Shown: piece after piece, positions 1 through 6,953 of the stretch | Layout: each line of letters starts with the position of its first letter | Position numbering within the stretch: the first letter of the stretch is position 1 | Origin: Candidatus Saccharimonadota bacterium | GTDB lineage: Bacteria > Patescibacteriota > Gracilibacteria > UBA1369 > 2-02-FULL-48-14 | Assembly: GCA_041661045.1 (NCBI GenBank) | Contig: JBAZVE010000001.1 | Location: forward strand, 930,001-962,000 | DNA length: 32,000 bases | Direction: 5' to 3' | Made by a program: the position numbers and the translations under genes | The notes under the pieces: generated by a model | Told to the model about the DNA's origin: nothing | Databases searched by the model: none | The model's input: the letters and a program-made list of their open reading frames with translations, nothing else

Positions 1-161
1 CGTAGTTCAATCCATTCGCTTTCCCCGGCATTGGGGTTGGGGTAAAGCGCGGAAATTTCCAGGTCCATGGAAAGTTCATCCGCCACTTCCGTCTCGCAGG
101 CCAGAGCCGTTTTTGGGACTGCCAAATGGAGACCGATCATGAGTAGAATTAATTTTTTCAT
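1..161 (-). CDS. Secreted protein, N-terminal fragment with a lamin-tail-domain (LTD)-like opening; the gene continues past the window edge
   Basis: Hand translation of the minus strand from the ATG at 161-159 gives MKKLILLMIGLHLAVPKTALACETEVADELSMDLEISALYPNPNAGESEWIEL. It has a hydrophobic signal-like N-terminus. The I-S-x-x-Y-P-N-P-x-x-G-E-x-E-W-I-E-L stretch resembles the conserved start of LTD domains. It is too short to appear in the ORF track. Confidence 0.5.
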   Translation of the reverse strand, partial: MKKLILLMIGLHLAVPKTALACETEVADELSMDLEISALYPNPNAGESEWIEL

Positions 162-209
162 AAAATGAGGTTAAGTGGACTCAGCATAGAGGGTCGACCT
201 TGATGAAAT

Positions 210-260
210 CCTGAATTTTTCCTTAAACTTTTCTGAATTTTTCCTGAAATTTTTTCAAAA
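210..260. repeat. Phased CTGA + T-tract repeats (copy set A) in the 290-nt gap between the LTD gene and rny
   Basis: CTGA occurs at 211, 233 and 244 (spacings 22 and 11 nt), each followed by AWTTTTT. The set ends in TTTTTCAAAA (251-260). The same units occur at 2622-2680. Confidence 0.6.
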
Positions 261-451
261 TGAGTCTGGCTTTTGTGCAGAACCTTTGTTAAAGTGCGTC
301 CAGTCTTTTATTTCTCAAAACCGGGAGACAAAACGCAGCTCGTAACCTTAAGAACGATTTGAACGCATTGTACACAGATTGGATGGCTAGGTTAGAAAAT
401 CGACTTTTTTGTCGGCGTTTTGCGCATCTCGGGGTTTAATCCCCTCTTTTT

Positions 452-1978
452 ATGGATTTCGTTTCAATCGTGCTTCTCCTGCTTGGCCTGGGTGGTGGAG
501 GAGCGCTTGGTTTCGTTCTTAGAACCCGGCAGCTTAAAGGTGAGGATCAAAAGAAGCGCAAAGAAATGGATCGTGCGCTGCAAGAAGCTCAGAGTAAGGC
601 CAATGAGGTGATCATGCGGGCCAAAAATGAGGCTCTTAAGGAACGAGAAGAAGCTCAAAAGGAAGAGCGCATCAAACGCAAGAAGCTCGAAGAAAATGAG
701 ACTCGACTTTTGAAGAAAGAGGAACAGCTCGACACTAAGGTGGAAGATCTGGATAAAATGAAAGCTCAGTTTGAAGACAAGGCGGAGGCTCTTAAAAAGG
801 ATAAAGAACGAGCGGGACAATTGGTGCAGGAGCAAGAGAAGAAACTTCAAGAAGTTGCAAACTTGTCTCATGAACAAGCCAAGGAACTTCTTCTTAAGAA
901 AATTGAGGAGGAATTTAAGGATGAGTTGGTGGCGCACGCCAAGCAGCTTGAGGAAGAAATGAAGCGAGATGTAGACGAAAAGGCCAAGCAAATTTTGGCT
1001 GATGCGATTCAGCGCTATGCTTCCGAGACCACGGTGGAAACCACCACAACCTCTGTGCCGCTGGCTTCCGACGAATTGAAGGGAAGGATTATTGGAAGGG
1101 AGGGGCGCAACATCAACGCCTTTGAATCGGTCACCGGTGTGGATGTGATTGTGGACGATACTCCTGGCTCTATTGTGATCAGTGGCTTTGACCCTATTCG
1201 TCGTTACATGGCCAAGATCACTTTGGAACGCTTGGTGGAAGATGGCCGTATTCACCCCGCACGCATTGAGGAAATGTATGTCAAGGTGAAGGAGGAGGTG
1301 AATGGTCTTATTAAAGAACTTGGAGAAAAAGCTGCCTTTGAAGTGGGTGTGGCGGCTTTGCCACCGAACTTACTCAAAATTTTGGGACGACTCAAGTTCC
1401 GTATTGCGTATGGTCAGAATGTGCTCAAACACTCCATGGAAGTGGCGTTTTTGGCCGCTGAACTTGCTGGCATGATGGGTGCAAATATTGACCTTTGTAA
1501 GAAGGCCGGGCTTTTGCACGACATTGGAAAAGCGGTGGATCATGAAGTGCAAGGAAAGCATGCTTTCATCGGCCGTGATATTTTAAAGAAATTTGGAATG
1601 TCGGACGAGGTGTTGCATTGTGTGGAAGCCAACGAAGGGGACATGGAGGCCAAGAGCGTGGAGGCCAAAATCATTCAAGTGGCCAACCTTATTTCCGTGG
1701 CTCGACCCGGTGCCAACAAAGAAAATCTGGAAACTTATGTTAAACGGCTTTCTGAAATTGAGAAATTGGCCGGAGAGTTTGGTGGCGTTCAAAAAGCCTT
1801 TGCCGTTCAGGCGGGCCGTGAACTCCGTGTCTTCGTTCGCCCTGATGAGGTGGATGACCTGCAAGCTCTAAAGATGTCCCACGAAGTCGCTCGCAAGATC
1901 GAAAAAGATCTTCAATACAGCGGCAAAATCAAAGTGGAAGTCATTCGCGAACTGAGGGTGGAGGCGTTCGCGGGGTAG
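452..1978 (+). CDS. rny: Ribonuclease Y
   Basis: 508 aa. N-terminal TM helix (MDFVSIVLLLLGLGGGGALGFVL), then a long Lys/Glu coiled coil. KH domain: GRIIGREGRNINAFESVTGVDVIVDDTPGSIVISGFDPIRR. HD domain: HSMEVAFLAAELAG...AGLLHDIGKA. Confidence 0.95.
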   Translation: MDFVSIVLLLLGLGGGGALGFVLRTRQLKGEDQKKRKEMDRALQEAQSKANEVIMRAKNEALKEREEAQKEERIKRKKLEENETRLLKKEEQLDTKVEDLDKMKAQFEDKAEALKKDKERAGQLVQEQEKKLQEVANLSHEQAKELLLKKIEEEFKDELVAHAKQLEEEMKRDVDEKAKQILADAIQRYASETTVETTTTSVPLASDELKGRIIGREGRNINAFESVTGVDVIVDDTPGSIVISGFDPIRRYMAKITLERLVEDGRIHPARIEEMYVKVKEEVNGLIKELGEKAAFEVGVAALPPNLLKILGRLKFRIAYGQNVLKHSMEVAFLAAELAGMMGANIDLCKKAGLLHDIGKAVDHEVQGKHAFIGRDILKKFGMSDEVLHCVEANEGDMEAKSVEAKIIQVANLISVARPGANKENLETYVKRLSEIEKLAGEFGGVQKAFAVQAGRELRVFVRPDEVDDLQALKMSHEVARKIEKDLQYSGKIKVEVIRELRVEAFAG

Positions 1979-1994
1979 AGCTTGACTTTGAGGA

Positions 1995-2273
1995 TCAAGA
2001 AAAAGAAATCTTCAGCTTAGAATCCAGCCCTTTTGCCACTTTCTTTAAAAAAACAAAACTTGGATTGGAGTCTCCCGACTCCAGTCTTGAGATGGCTGAT
2101 TGCTTGGTGCCCATTTTTTTGGCGAGAGCAGCCTGGGTCATTTTTTTGTCGATTCGTTTTTGAATGATAGCGGCGGCCAAATCAAATTCAGGTTGCAGGG
2201 CATCATAGGCCTTTTTGAATTCAGGGTCTTTGAGGAATTCTTTCCTGACTTTTTCGTAGGGTATCATTTTCAT
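1995..2273 (-). CDS. XRE-family helix-turn-helix antitoxin (HigA-like)
   Basis: 92 aa with the HTH core MTQAALAKKMGTKQSAISRLESGDSNPSFVFLKKVAKGL. It lies 29 nt downstream of the toxin gene on the same strand, the toxin-first order typical of HigBA modules. Confidence 0.8.
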   Translation of the reverse strand: MKMIPYEKVRKEFLKDPEFKKAYDALQPEFDLAAAIIQKRIDKKMTQAALAKKMGTKQSAISRLESGDSNPSFVFLKKVAKGLDSKLKISFS

Positions 2274-2302
2274 AACGGTCCAATGATAACATATATGTAA
2301 TA

Positions 2303-2611
2303 TTATTTCAATATCTTTCTTCTATTTTCTGCTGTTTGAATTTCTTTTCTAGGGATTTTGTCGGTTTTCTTTTTGAAAAAGTGCAGAATTACGGCTGTAC
2401 CTTTATTGAATGTATAAATCAGTCGGATTTCCTCTTGGCCTTTTGTTCTCAACTCGAAAAGCGTTGTCGTGATTTTCTTACTGTGCGGCATTCTTAGTGC
2501 ATTGCCGAATTCTCGGAGAAGTTCAATTGCACGAAAAACTTTAGTACTACTTTGGTCCCCCAATTTATGGAGTTCATTTACCAGGTTCTGATCGTAAAAA
2601 AAGATTTTCAT
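2303..2611 (-). CDS. Type II toxin, RelE/ParE superfamily (phage Gp49-like / HigB-like)
   Basis: 102 aa. The LFELRTKGQEEIRLIYTFNKGTAVILHFFKKKTDKIPRKEIQTAENRR pattern (ELR...R.iY.....ill..F.KKt.k.P..ei..A) is typical of the Gp49-like toxin family. It is paired with the XRE antitoxin. G+C is low. Confidence 0.75.
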   Translation of the reverse strand: MKIFFYDQNLVNELHKLGDQSSTKVFRAIELLREFGNALRMPHSKKITTTLFELRTKGQEEIRLIYTFNKGTAVILHFFKKKTDKIPRKEIQTAENRRKILK

Positions 2612-2621
2612 AGTTTGATCA

Positions 2622-2680
2622 TTCTGACGGAATTTTTTTCAAAAGTCCTGACAAATTCCTGAAATTTTCCTGAATTCTTT
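2622..2680. repeat. Phased CTGA + T-tract repeats (copy set B) between the toxin gene and the CIRCE promoter
   Basis: CTGA occurs at 2624, 2648, 2659 and 2670 (spacings 24, 11 and 11 nt). It contains TTTTTTCAAAA (2634-2644) and CCTGAAATTTT (2658-2668). The latter is identical to 243-253. Confidence 0.6.
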
Positions 2681-2685
2681 CGCTC

Positions 2686-2713
2686 TTGACTTTAAAACCC
2701 AAATCCTTAAAAT
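2686..2713 (+). promoter_or_regulatory. Sigma-70-type promoter of the heat-shock operon (TTGACT-16 nt-TAAAAT)
   Basis: TTGACT at 2686-2691 and TAAAAT at 2708-2713. The -10 element abuts the CIRCE operator, as in classical HrcA-regulated groESL promoters. Confidence 0.6.
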
Positions 2714-2739
2714 TAGCACTGCCAAAACTGGAGTGCTAA
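2713..2739. promoter_or_regulatory. CIRCE operator (HrcA binding site)
   Basis: TTAGCACTG-CCAAAACTG-GAGTGCTAA versus the consensus TTAGCACTC-N9-GAGTGCTAA. 17 of 18 half-site positions match and the 9-nt spacer is exact. Confidence 0.85.
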
Positions 2740-2761
2740 TTTAATTCGATAACTCTAAAAA

Positions 2762-3391
2762 ATGATCGAACTCATACAACTTTTTTATGAATCCTTTCTA
2801 CTACCCTTCGGTAAGTTTTTGGTTTGGATCTCTCCTGTTGCTGGGGTAGGAGCCTTATTTTTTGCTCTTTATAAATTTTGGCTATCCAAGAAACACTTAA
2901 AAAGAGATGTCGCGGCAGCAGTATATTATGAAATTTTAAGGGCTGATGGTATTGTGACAGATTATAAGAATTTCAAATCCTATAAGTTTAGAAGGAAGAT
3001 TATTGCTAATAACTCTTGGGCAAAAAATGTACAATTATTTGTAAGAGATTTCTCTGTTATAGACTTGACTAAGATTAGTGATACTTACTCTTCAGGAGAG
3101 TTTTTAGATAAACTAATTGAAAGACATGCGCTTGATCTTATTGATCAAAATAAATATGCCTCTAATAAATTTATTGAAGATGCCTTAGCGGAAATTAATG
3201 AATTAGACCCATCAGCATTAAAAAACTCAAACACAGAGCAAATTTCAAAACTTGTAGGTCCTAAATTTAGTATCTTGCCTCTTCCACCTCTATCCACGGC
3301 GACACTGGACGCGGTTACTGCTGAATATGAGTTTATTTCTACGACTCCCATCCTTACAAAATTGAAACAAATTGCTTGTATTCAACCTTAA
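2762..3391 (+). CDS. Hypothetical membrane-anchored protein (orf209), low G+C
   Basis: 209 aa with a hydrophobic N-terminus (LLPFGKFLVWISPVAGVGALFFALYKFWL, one or two TM helices). The soluble remainder has no family I recognise. Sampled 60-nt lines are 27-35% G+C versus about 50-60% in groEL/pilT lines. It lies between the CIRCE promoter and groES. Confidence 0.6.
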   Translation: MIELIQLFYESFLLPFGKFLVWISPVAGVGALFFALYKFWLSKKHLKRDVAAAVYYEILRADGIVTDYKNFKSYKFRRKIIANNSWAKNVQLFVRDFSVIDLTKISDTYSSGEFLDKLIERHALDLIDQNKYASNKFIEDALAEINELDPSALKNSNTEQISKLVGPKFSILPLPPLSTATLDAVTAEYEFISTTPILTKLKQIACIQP

Positions 3392-3418
3392 TATTAATAC
3401 TTGATTAACCCATCCTAT

Positions 3419-3736
3419 ATGTCCAAATTACAGCCTCTCGCAGGATACATTGTGGTGAAGCGCGAAGAAGAAGCTTCACAAACTTCATCCGGTATTTACT
3501 TAACGGATTCCGCCAAGGAAAAGCCTCAACGAGGGGAAGTGATGGCGGTGGGAAGGGGTAAGCAAACGATTTCTACGAATGGTTCTGGTAATGCAGATGT
3601 TTCGTTTGTTACGCCTCAAGTTCAAGTAGGTCAAAAAGTGCTGTTCAAAAAGTACGGTCCTACGGAAGTGGAGATGGACGGTCAGGAAATGTTGCTCCTT
3701 GAAGAGGACGATATTTTGGCGATCATTCAGGCGTAA
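3419..3736 (+). CDS. groES: Co-chaperonin GroES
   Basis: MSKLQPLAGYIVVKREE...GIYL...KPQRGEVMAVG...VGQKVLFKKYGPTEVEMDGQEMLLLEEDDILAII matches the GroES layout. I prefer the ATG at 3419 over the track's TTG at 3401 because of N-terminal spacing. It carries a roughly 10-aa insertion (QTISTNGSGNADVSF) relative to typical GroES. Confidence 0.9.
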   Translation: MSKLQPLAGYIVVKREEEASQTSSGIYLTDSAKEKPQRGEVMAVGRGKQTISTNGSGNADVSFVTPQVQVGQKVLFKKYGPTEVEMDGQEMLLLEEDDILAIIQA

Positions 3737-3770
3737 TCCACAACCTTATAAAAATTAACTCTCAACTACT

Positions 3771-5408
3771 ATGGCTAAGAAAATTCTATTCCAAGATGAA
3801 GCACGACAAAAACTCCTTAGTGGAGTAAGGCAACTCTCCGATGCGGTGCGTATCACCATGGGGCCCAAAGGTCGCAATGTGCTGCTTGAAAAAAAGTTCG
3901 GCGGACCGATGATCACCAACGACGGAGTGACGATCGCCAAGGAAATCGACCTCAAAGATCCCGAAGAAAATGTGGGAGCTCAATTGGTTAAAGAAGTGGC
4001 AACGCGAACCAACGACATCGCCGGAGATGGAACCACCACGGCAACCGTTTTGGCCTGCGCGCTCCTCGAAGAAGGAATTCGCAATGTGGTGGCCGGAGCC
4101 AATCCTGTTTTGCTTAAAAAGGGCATGGATAAGGCTGTACGCAAGGTTGTGGACCGTCTCAATGAGATGACCAAACCGCTCAAGAGCCAAAAAGAAGTGG
4201 CGCAAGTGGCCACGATTTCTGCGCAAGACAGCGAGGTGGGTGAGGTGATTGCCGAGCTCATGGAAAAAGTGGGTCATGACGGCGCGATCACGGTGGAAGA
4301 AAGCCAGCGCGGCATTGGAATTTCTATGCGCGTGGTGGAAGGGATGCAGTTCGACAACGGATTCATTGCTCCGTACATGATCACGGATTCCAATCGAATG
4401 GAGGCGGTGTACGAAGATGTTAAAATTTTGATTACCGACAAAAAAATCAGCAGCTTTAAGGATCTTTTGCCGATTTTAGAAGCGGTGGTGCAGAGTGGAA
4501 AAAAAGAATTGGTGATTTTGGCGGAGGATATTGATGGAGACGCGCTCACCAATATTATTGTGAATAAGCTCCGCGGTGGTTTCAGCATTCTGGGCATTAA
4601 AGCGCCTGGATTTGGAGAAAGACGAAAGGAAATGCTCAAGGACATTGCAGTGCTCACCGGTGGAACTTTGATTTCTGAAGAGGTGGGACTCAAGCTCGAG
4701 AGCGTGACACTCAGCGATTTGGGAGAAGCCAAAAAAGTGGTTTCCGGCAAGGATCACACCATGATTATTGATGGGAAGGGCAGCCACAAAGAAGTGGAAA
4801 ACCGCGTGGCTGAACTCAAAGTGCAAATGGAGGACACCAAGTCCGACTTTGATCGAGAAAAACTGCAGGAACGGATTGCTAAATTGGGGGGGGGAGTTGG
4901 AATCATTGAAGTGGGGGCGGCGACTGAAATTGAAATGAAAGAGAAGAAAACCCGCATCGAGGATGCGCTCAATGCCACCAAGGCGGCGGTTCAGGAAGGA
5001 ATTGTGGCTGGGGGAGGTGCGGCGCTGCTTCACGCGGCCAAAGCGCTTGAAGACTTTAGAGGTAGCAATGAAGATGAAAATGTGGGAGCCCGCTTGGTTC
5101 GTTTTGTACTCTCCGCGCCCATTCGCCAAATTGCGGAGAATGCCGGAAAGAATGGGGAAGTGGTGATCACGGAAATTTTAAAGAGCAAGAGCGATTCCTT
5201 TGGTTATGATGCCCTCAAAGATGAATACACCGATATGTTTGAAGCTGGCATTGTGGATCCCAAAATGGTGACTCGCAGTGCTCTGGAAAATGCGGTTTCT
5301 GTGGCCGGAACGGTGCTCACCACCGGTGCGACCGTCACCGACATTCCCGAAGAGAAACCCGCCATGGGTGGAATGGGTGGCATGCCCGGGATGGGGGATA
5401 TGATGTAA
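3771..5408 (+). CDS. groEL: Chaperonin GroEL
   Basis: 545 aa. MAKKILF...AVRITMGPKGRNV...GDGTTTATVLA...AVQEGIVAGGGAALL, with the C-terminal GGMGGMPGMGDMM tail. Confidence 0.97.
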   Translation: MAKKILFQDEARQKLLSGVRQLSDAVRITMGPKGRNVLLEKKFGGPMITNDGVTIAKEIDLKDPEENVGAQLVKEVATRTNDIAGDGTTTATVLACALLEEGIRNVVAGANPVLLKKGMDKAVRKVVDRLNEMTKPLKSQKEVAQVATISAQDSEVGEVIAELMEKVGHDGAITVEESQRGIGISMRVVEGMQFDNGFIAPYMITDSNRMEAVYEDVKILITDKKISSFKDLLPILEAVVQSGKKELVILAEDIDGDALTNIIVNKLRGGFSILGIKAPGFGERRKEMLKDIAVLTGGTLISEEVGLKLESVTLSDLGEAKKVVSGKDHTMIIDGKGSHKEVENRVAELKVQMEDTKSDFDREKLQERIAKLGGGVGIIEVGAATEIEMKEKKTRIEDALNATKAAVQEGIVAGGGAALLHAAKALEDFRGSNEDENVGARLVRFVLSAPIRQIAENAGKNGEVVITEILKSKSDSFGYDALKDEYTDMFEAGIVDPKMVTRSALENAVSVAGTVLTTGATVTDIPEEKPAMGGMGGMPGMGDMM

Positions 5409-5426
5409 AAGTTTTAGTGAAGAAAA

Positions 5427-5457
5427 GGCCCTGTCGTAGTTCGGCGGGGTCTTTCTT
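5427..5457 (+). terminator. Probable intrinsic terminator after groEL
   Basis: GGCCCTGTCG (5427-5436) pairs with CGGCGGGGTC (5442-5451): 10 bp including 3 G-U pairs, loop TAGTT. It is followed by TTTCTT. Confidence 0.5.
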
Positions 5458-5484
5458 GTAAAAGGGCGGCTTTTCTGCTATAAT
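5456..5484 (+). promoter_or_regulatory. Promoter of the pilT-containing operon (TTGTAA-17 nt-TATAAT with a TGC extended -10)
   Basis: TTGTAA at 5456-5461, a 17-nt spacer, then TGCTATAAT at 5476-5484. It sits directly after the groEL terminator and 24 nt before the GTG at 5508. Confidence 0.6.
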
Positions 5485-5507
5485 TATGAGATTTAAAAAG
5501 CCTTATC

Positions 5508-5765
5508 GTGGATTCCACTCAAACAAAAAGTCAAAAGATTGCCGTTGCGGCGCAAAAAATGTCGCTTAGCCCTGCCTTTGGAGAGGTGCTTAAGCTCTCT
5601 CCGGAGCAGTGGGCCGCTTATCTTTCTCGTTTAGATGAATCCGCCGTGGAAGACTGTCTGCTTTTGCTCAAAGAAGAGGCGGATACTGATCGAGAGGTGG
5701 AGGAAAAACGCCACCGTCGCCATGAAGCAAACAAGAAAAAACTTTTGAGTCGATTACCCCAATAA
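5508..5765 (+). CDS. Hypothetical protein (orf85)
   Basis: 85 aa from a GTG start; an in-frame ATG at 5559 is an alternative. The C-terminal half is charged (EEADTDREVEEKRHRRHEANKKK). No family recognised. Its stop is 1 nt before the orf392 start. Confidence 0.45.
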   Translation: MDSTQTKSQKIAVAAQKMSLSPAFGEVLKLSPEQWAAYLSRLDESAVEDCLLLLKEEADTDREVEEKRHRRHEANKKKLLSRLPQ

Positions 5766-5766
5766 A

Positions 5767-6945
5767 ATGGCCTTTAATGTTCCCATGAGTCAGGGTGTGC
5801 CGGATGAAGCCGCTGTTAAAAATCTTTTGGAAAAAGAAGTGGTGAATGGCTTGGGTGTGGACAACACTTTGTTTGAATGGGCGAACGATAAAGACCCCCA
5901 AAAACAGGATGCTTTTGAGGCTAAACTTATGCAAATCCGGCCCAATGATTGGCAGGAATTTTGGACGGAAGAAGGAGCTATTAAGCTCGCGCATTTGAAA
6001 GATCAGCTGACTACTCGGGAAAAATTTGCCATGCTTGCTTCACATCTGCTTGGGGAGCAGCTGCTTTCCATCTTTTTCCCAAACAAAACTAAGCCCAATG
6101 TGAATCCTTTAACAATGGAGGAAGCGACGGATTTTTTTGCAAAAGATCCTGCAAAACGAGCTCGAAGAGTCGGCAAGCATTTGGTGTGGGATAACTCTGG
6201 CTTATTTTCTCAATTCACTAATCTTTTTAGTTTGGCGGATTTGGGGAAGGACCTTTCAGCTGAAGGAAGAGAGGCTTTGCCTTTAGTGCCCGGCACGGTT
6301 TGGTTTGCTAATGTGAATCTTTTGCCGCAAGAGCAGGGTCCCAAGCTGAGGCCCACTTTGTTTTCTGTTCTTCAAAAAGCCTGTGCTCCCGGCATAACTC
6401 TTTCTTTTTTGAGACCAGGAGAAGATATGCCTGCACCGGGTCCTAAAGAGATTCAGCTGTCTTTGCTCCCTGCCAGTGCTATTCCTTTGAAGAATGGAGA
6501 ATTGGATTATAAAATGTTGGATTGGTATGTGAAGCGTCATACAGTGAATGATTGCATGTTTATGCAGGCCAGCCCCTTGCTTGCCGCGATCCGTATGCGA
6601 CAACGAAAACCCGAGGAACCCATTGAAGAGGCCTTTGAGGAATCTATTGGACCTGATTTTGGCAATATGGATGAAAATAGTGATCCTGGGTTTATGACCT
6701 CTCTTAAAGGTATTTTGCCTGAAGGCCAGTTTAGTCTTGCTCCCACGGTTCCTCCTGTGCCGGATGCGCCTGCCGCACCCGCTGCCCCTGCAGAACTCGC
6801 CGCGCCTGCTGAACCCGCTGCGCCTGCTGAACCTGCTGCACCACCTGCCGCACCAGCCGTCGAACCACCCGCACCGGAGGCAAGTCCTCCGCCTGCACCT
6901 GCAGCGCCGGTTAACCCGGGTGGCCCCAAGGGTCCTCAACCTTAA
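5767..6945 (+). CDS. Hypothetical protein (orf392) with a Pro/Ala-rich C-terminal tail
   Basis: 392 aa with no signal peptide or TM helix seen. The last ~65 aa are P/A/E repeats (PAAPAAPAELAAPAEPAAPAEPAAPPAAPAVEPPAPEASPPPAPAAP). It is tightly packed between orf85 and pilT. Confidence 0.6.
   Translation: MAFNVPMSQGVPDEAAVKNLLEKEVVNGLGVDNTLFEWANDKDPQKQDAFEAKLMQIRPNDWQEFWTEEGAIKLAHLKDQLTTREKFAMLASHLLGEQLLSIFFPNKTKPNVNPLTMEEATDFFAKDPAKRARRVGKHLVWDNSGLFSQFTNLFSLADLGKDLSAEGREALPLVPGTVWFANVNLLPQEQGPKLRPTLFSVLQKACAPGITLSFLRPGEDMPAPGPKEIQLSLLPASAIPLKNGELDYKMLDWYVKRHTVNDCMFMQASPLLAAIRMRQRKPEEPIEEAFEESIGPDFGNMDENSDPGFMTSLKGILPEGQFSLAPTVPPVPDAPAAPAAPAELAAPAEPAAPAEPAAPPAAPAVEPPAPEASPPPAPAAPVNPGGPKGPQP
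6802..6837 (+). repeat. Tandem 18-bp repeat x2 inside the Pro/Ala-rich tail of orf392
   Basis: GCGCCTGCTGAACCCGCT (6802-6819) is followed by GCGCCTGCTGAACCTGCT (6820-6837). Both sit within a wider GC-rich low-complexity tract of roughly 6745-6915. Confidence 0.8.
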
Positions 6946-6953
6946 TCTAATCT

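Noticed and set aside
431-451. GGGG-TTTAAT-CCCC hairpin plus T-run immediately before the rny start, as an attenuator
   Set aside because: The stem is only 4 bp and the T-run overlaps the region just before the start codon. That is too weak to call a terminator or riboswitch without conservation data.
464-1255. Long antisense ORFs opposite confidently assigned genes. Examples: 464-1255(-), 3786-4277(-), 4476-5129(-), 6942-7508(-), 7536-8009(-), 10500-11183(-), 14478-15008(-), 15751-16422(-), 16576-17799(-), 18160-18732(-), 19259-19699(-), 23279-23758(-), 27278-27889(-), 28932-30071(-).
   Set aside because: Each lies fully inside a gene with strong family motifs on the other strand. Their translations are low-complexity or biased (rich in Phe/Leu/Lys or Arg/His) with no recognisable motifs, so they are shadow ORFs.
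3401-3418. Track-predicted TTG starts for groES (3401), the giant surface protein (8410) and rel (28077)
   Set aside because: Downstream ATGs (3419, 8461, 28113) give N-termini that match family expectations. For rel, the TTG coincides with the -35 hexamer of the best promoter.
4889-4896. G8 homopolymer tracts (4889-4896 in groEL; 11278-11285 in the giant surface protein) as phase-variation switches
   Set aside because: The same tract length occurs in essential groEL, and G6 runs are common wherever Gly-Gly is encoded. This looks like GGG/GGN codon usage rather than a dedicated contingency locus. Only read-level length variation at 11278-11285 would change this view.
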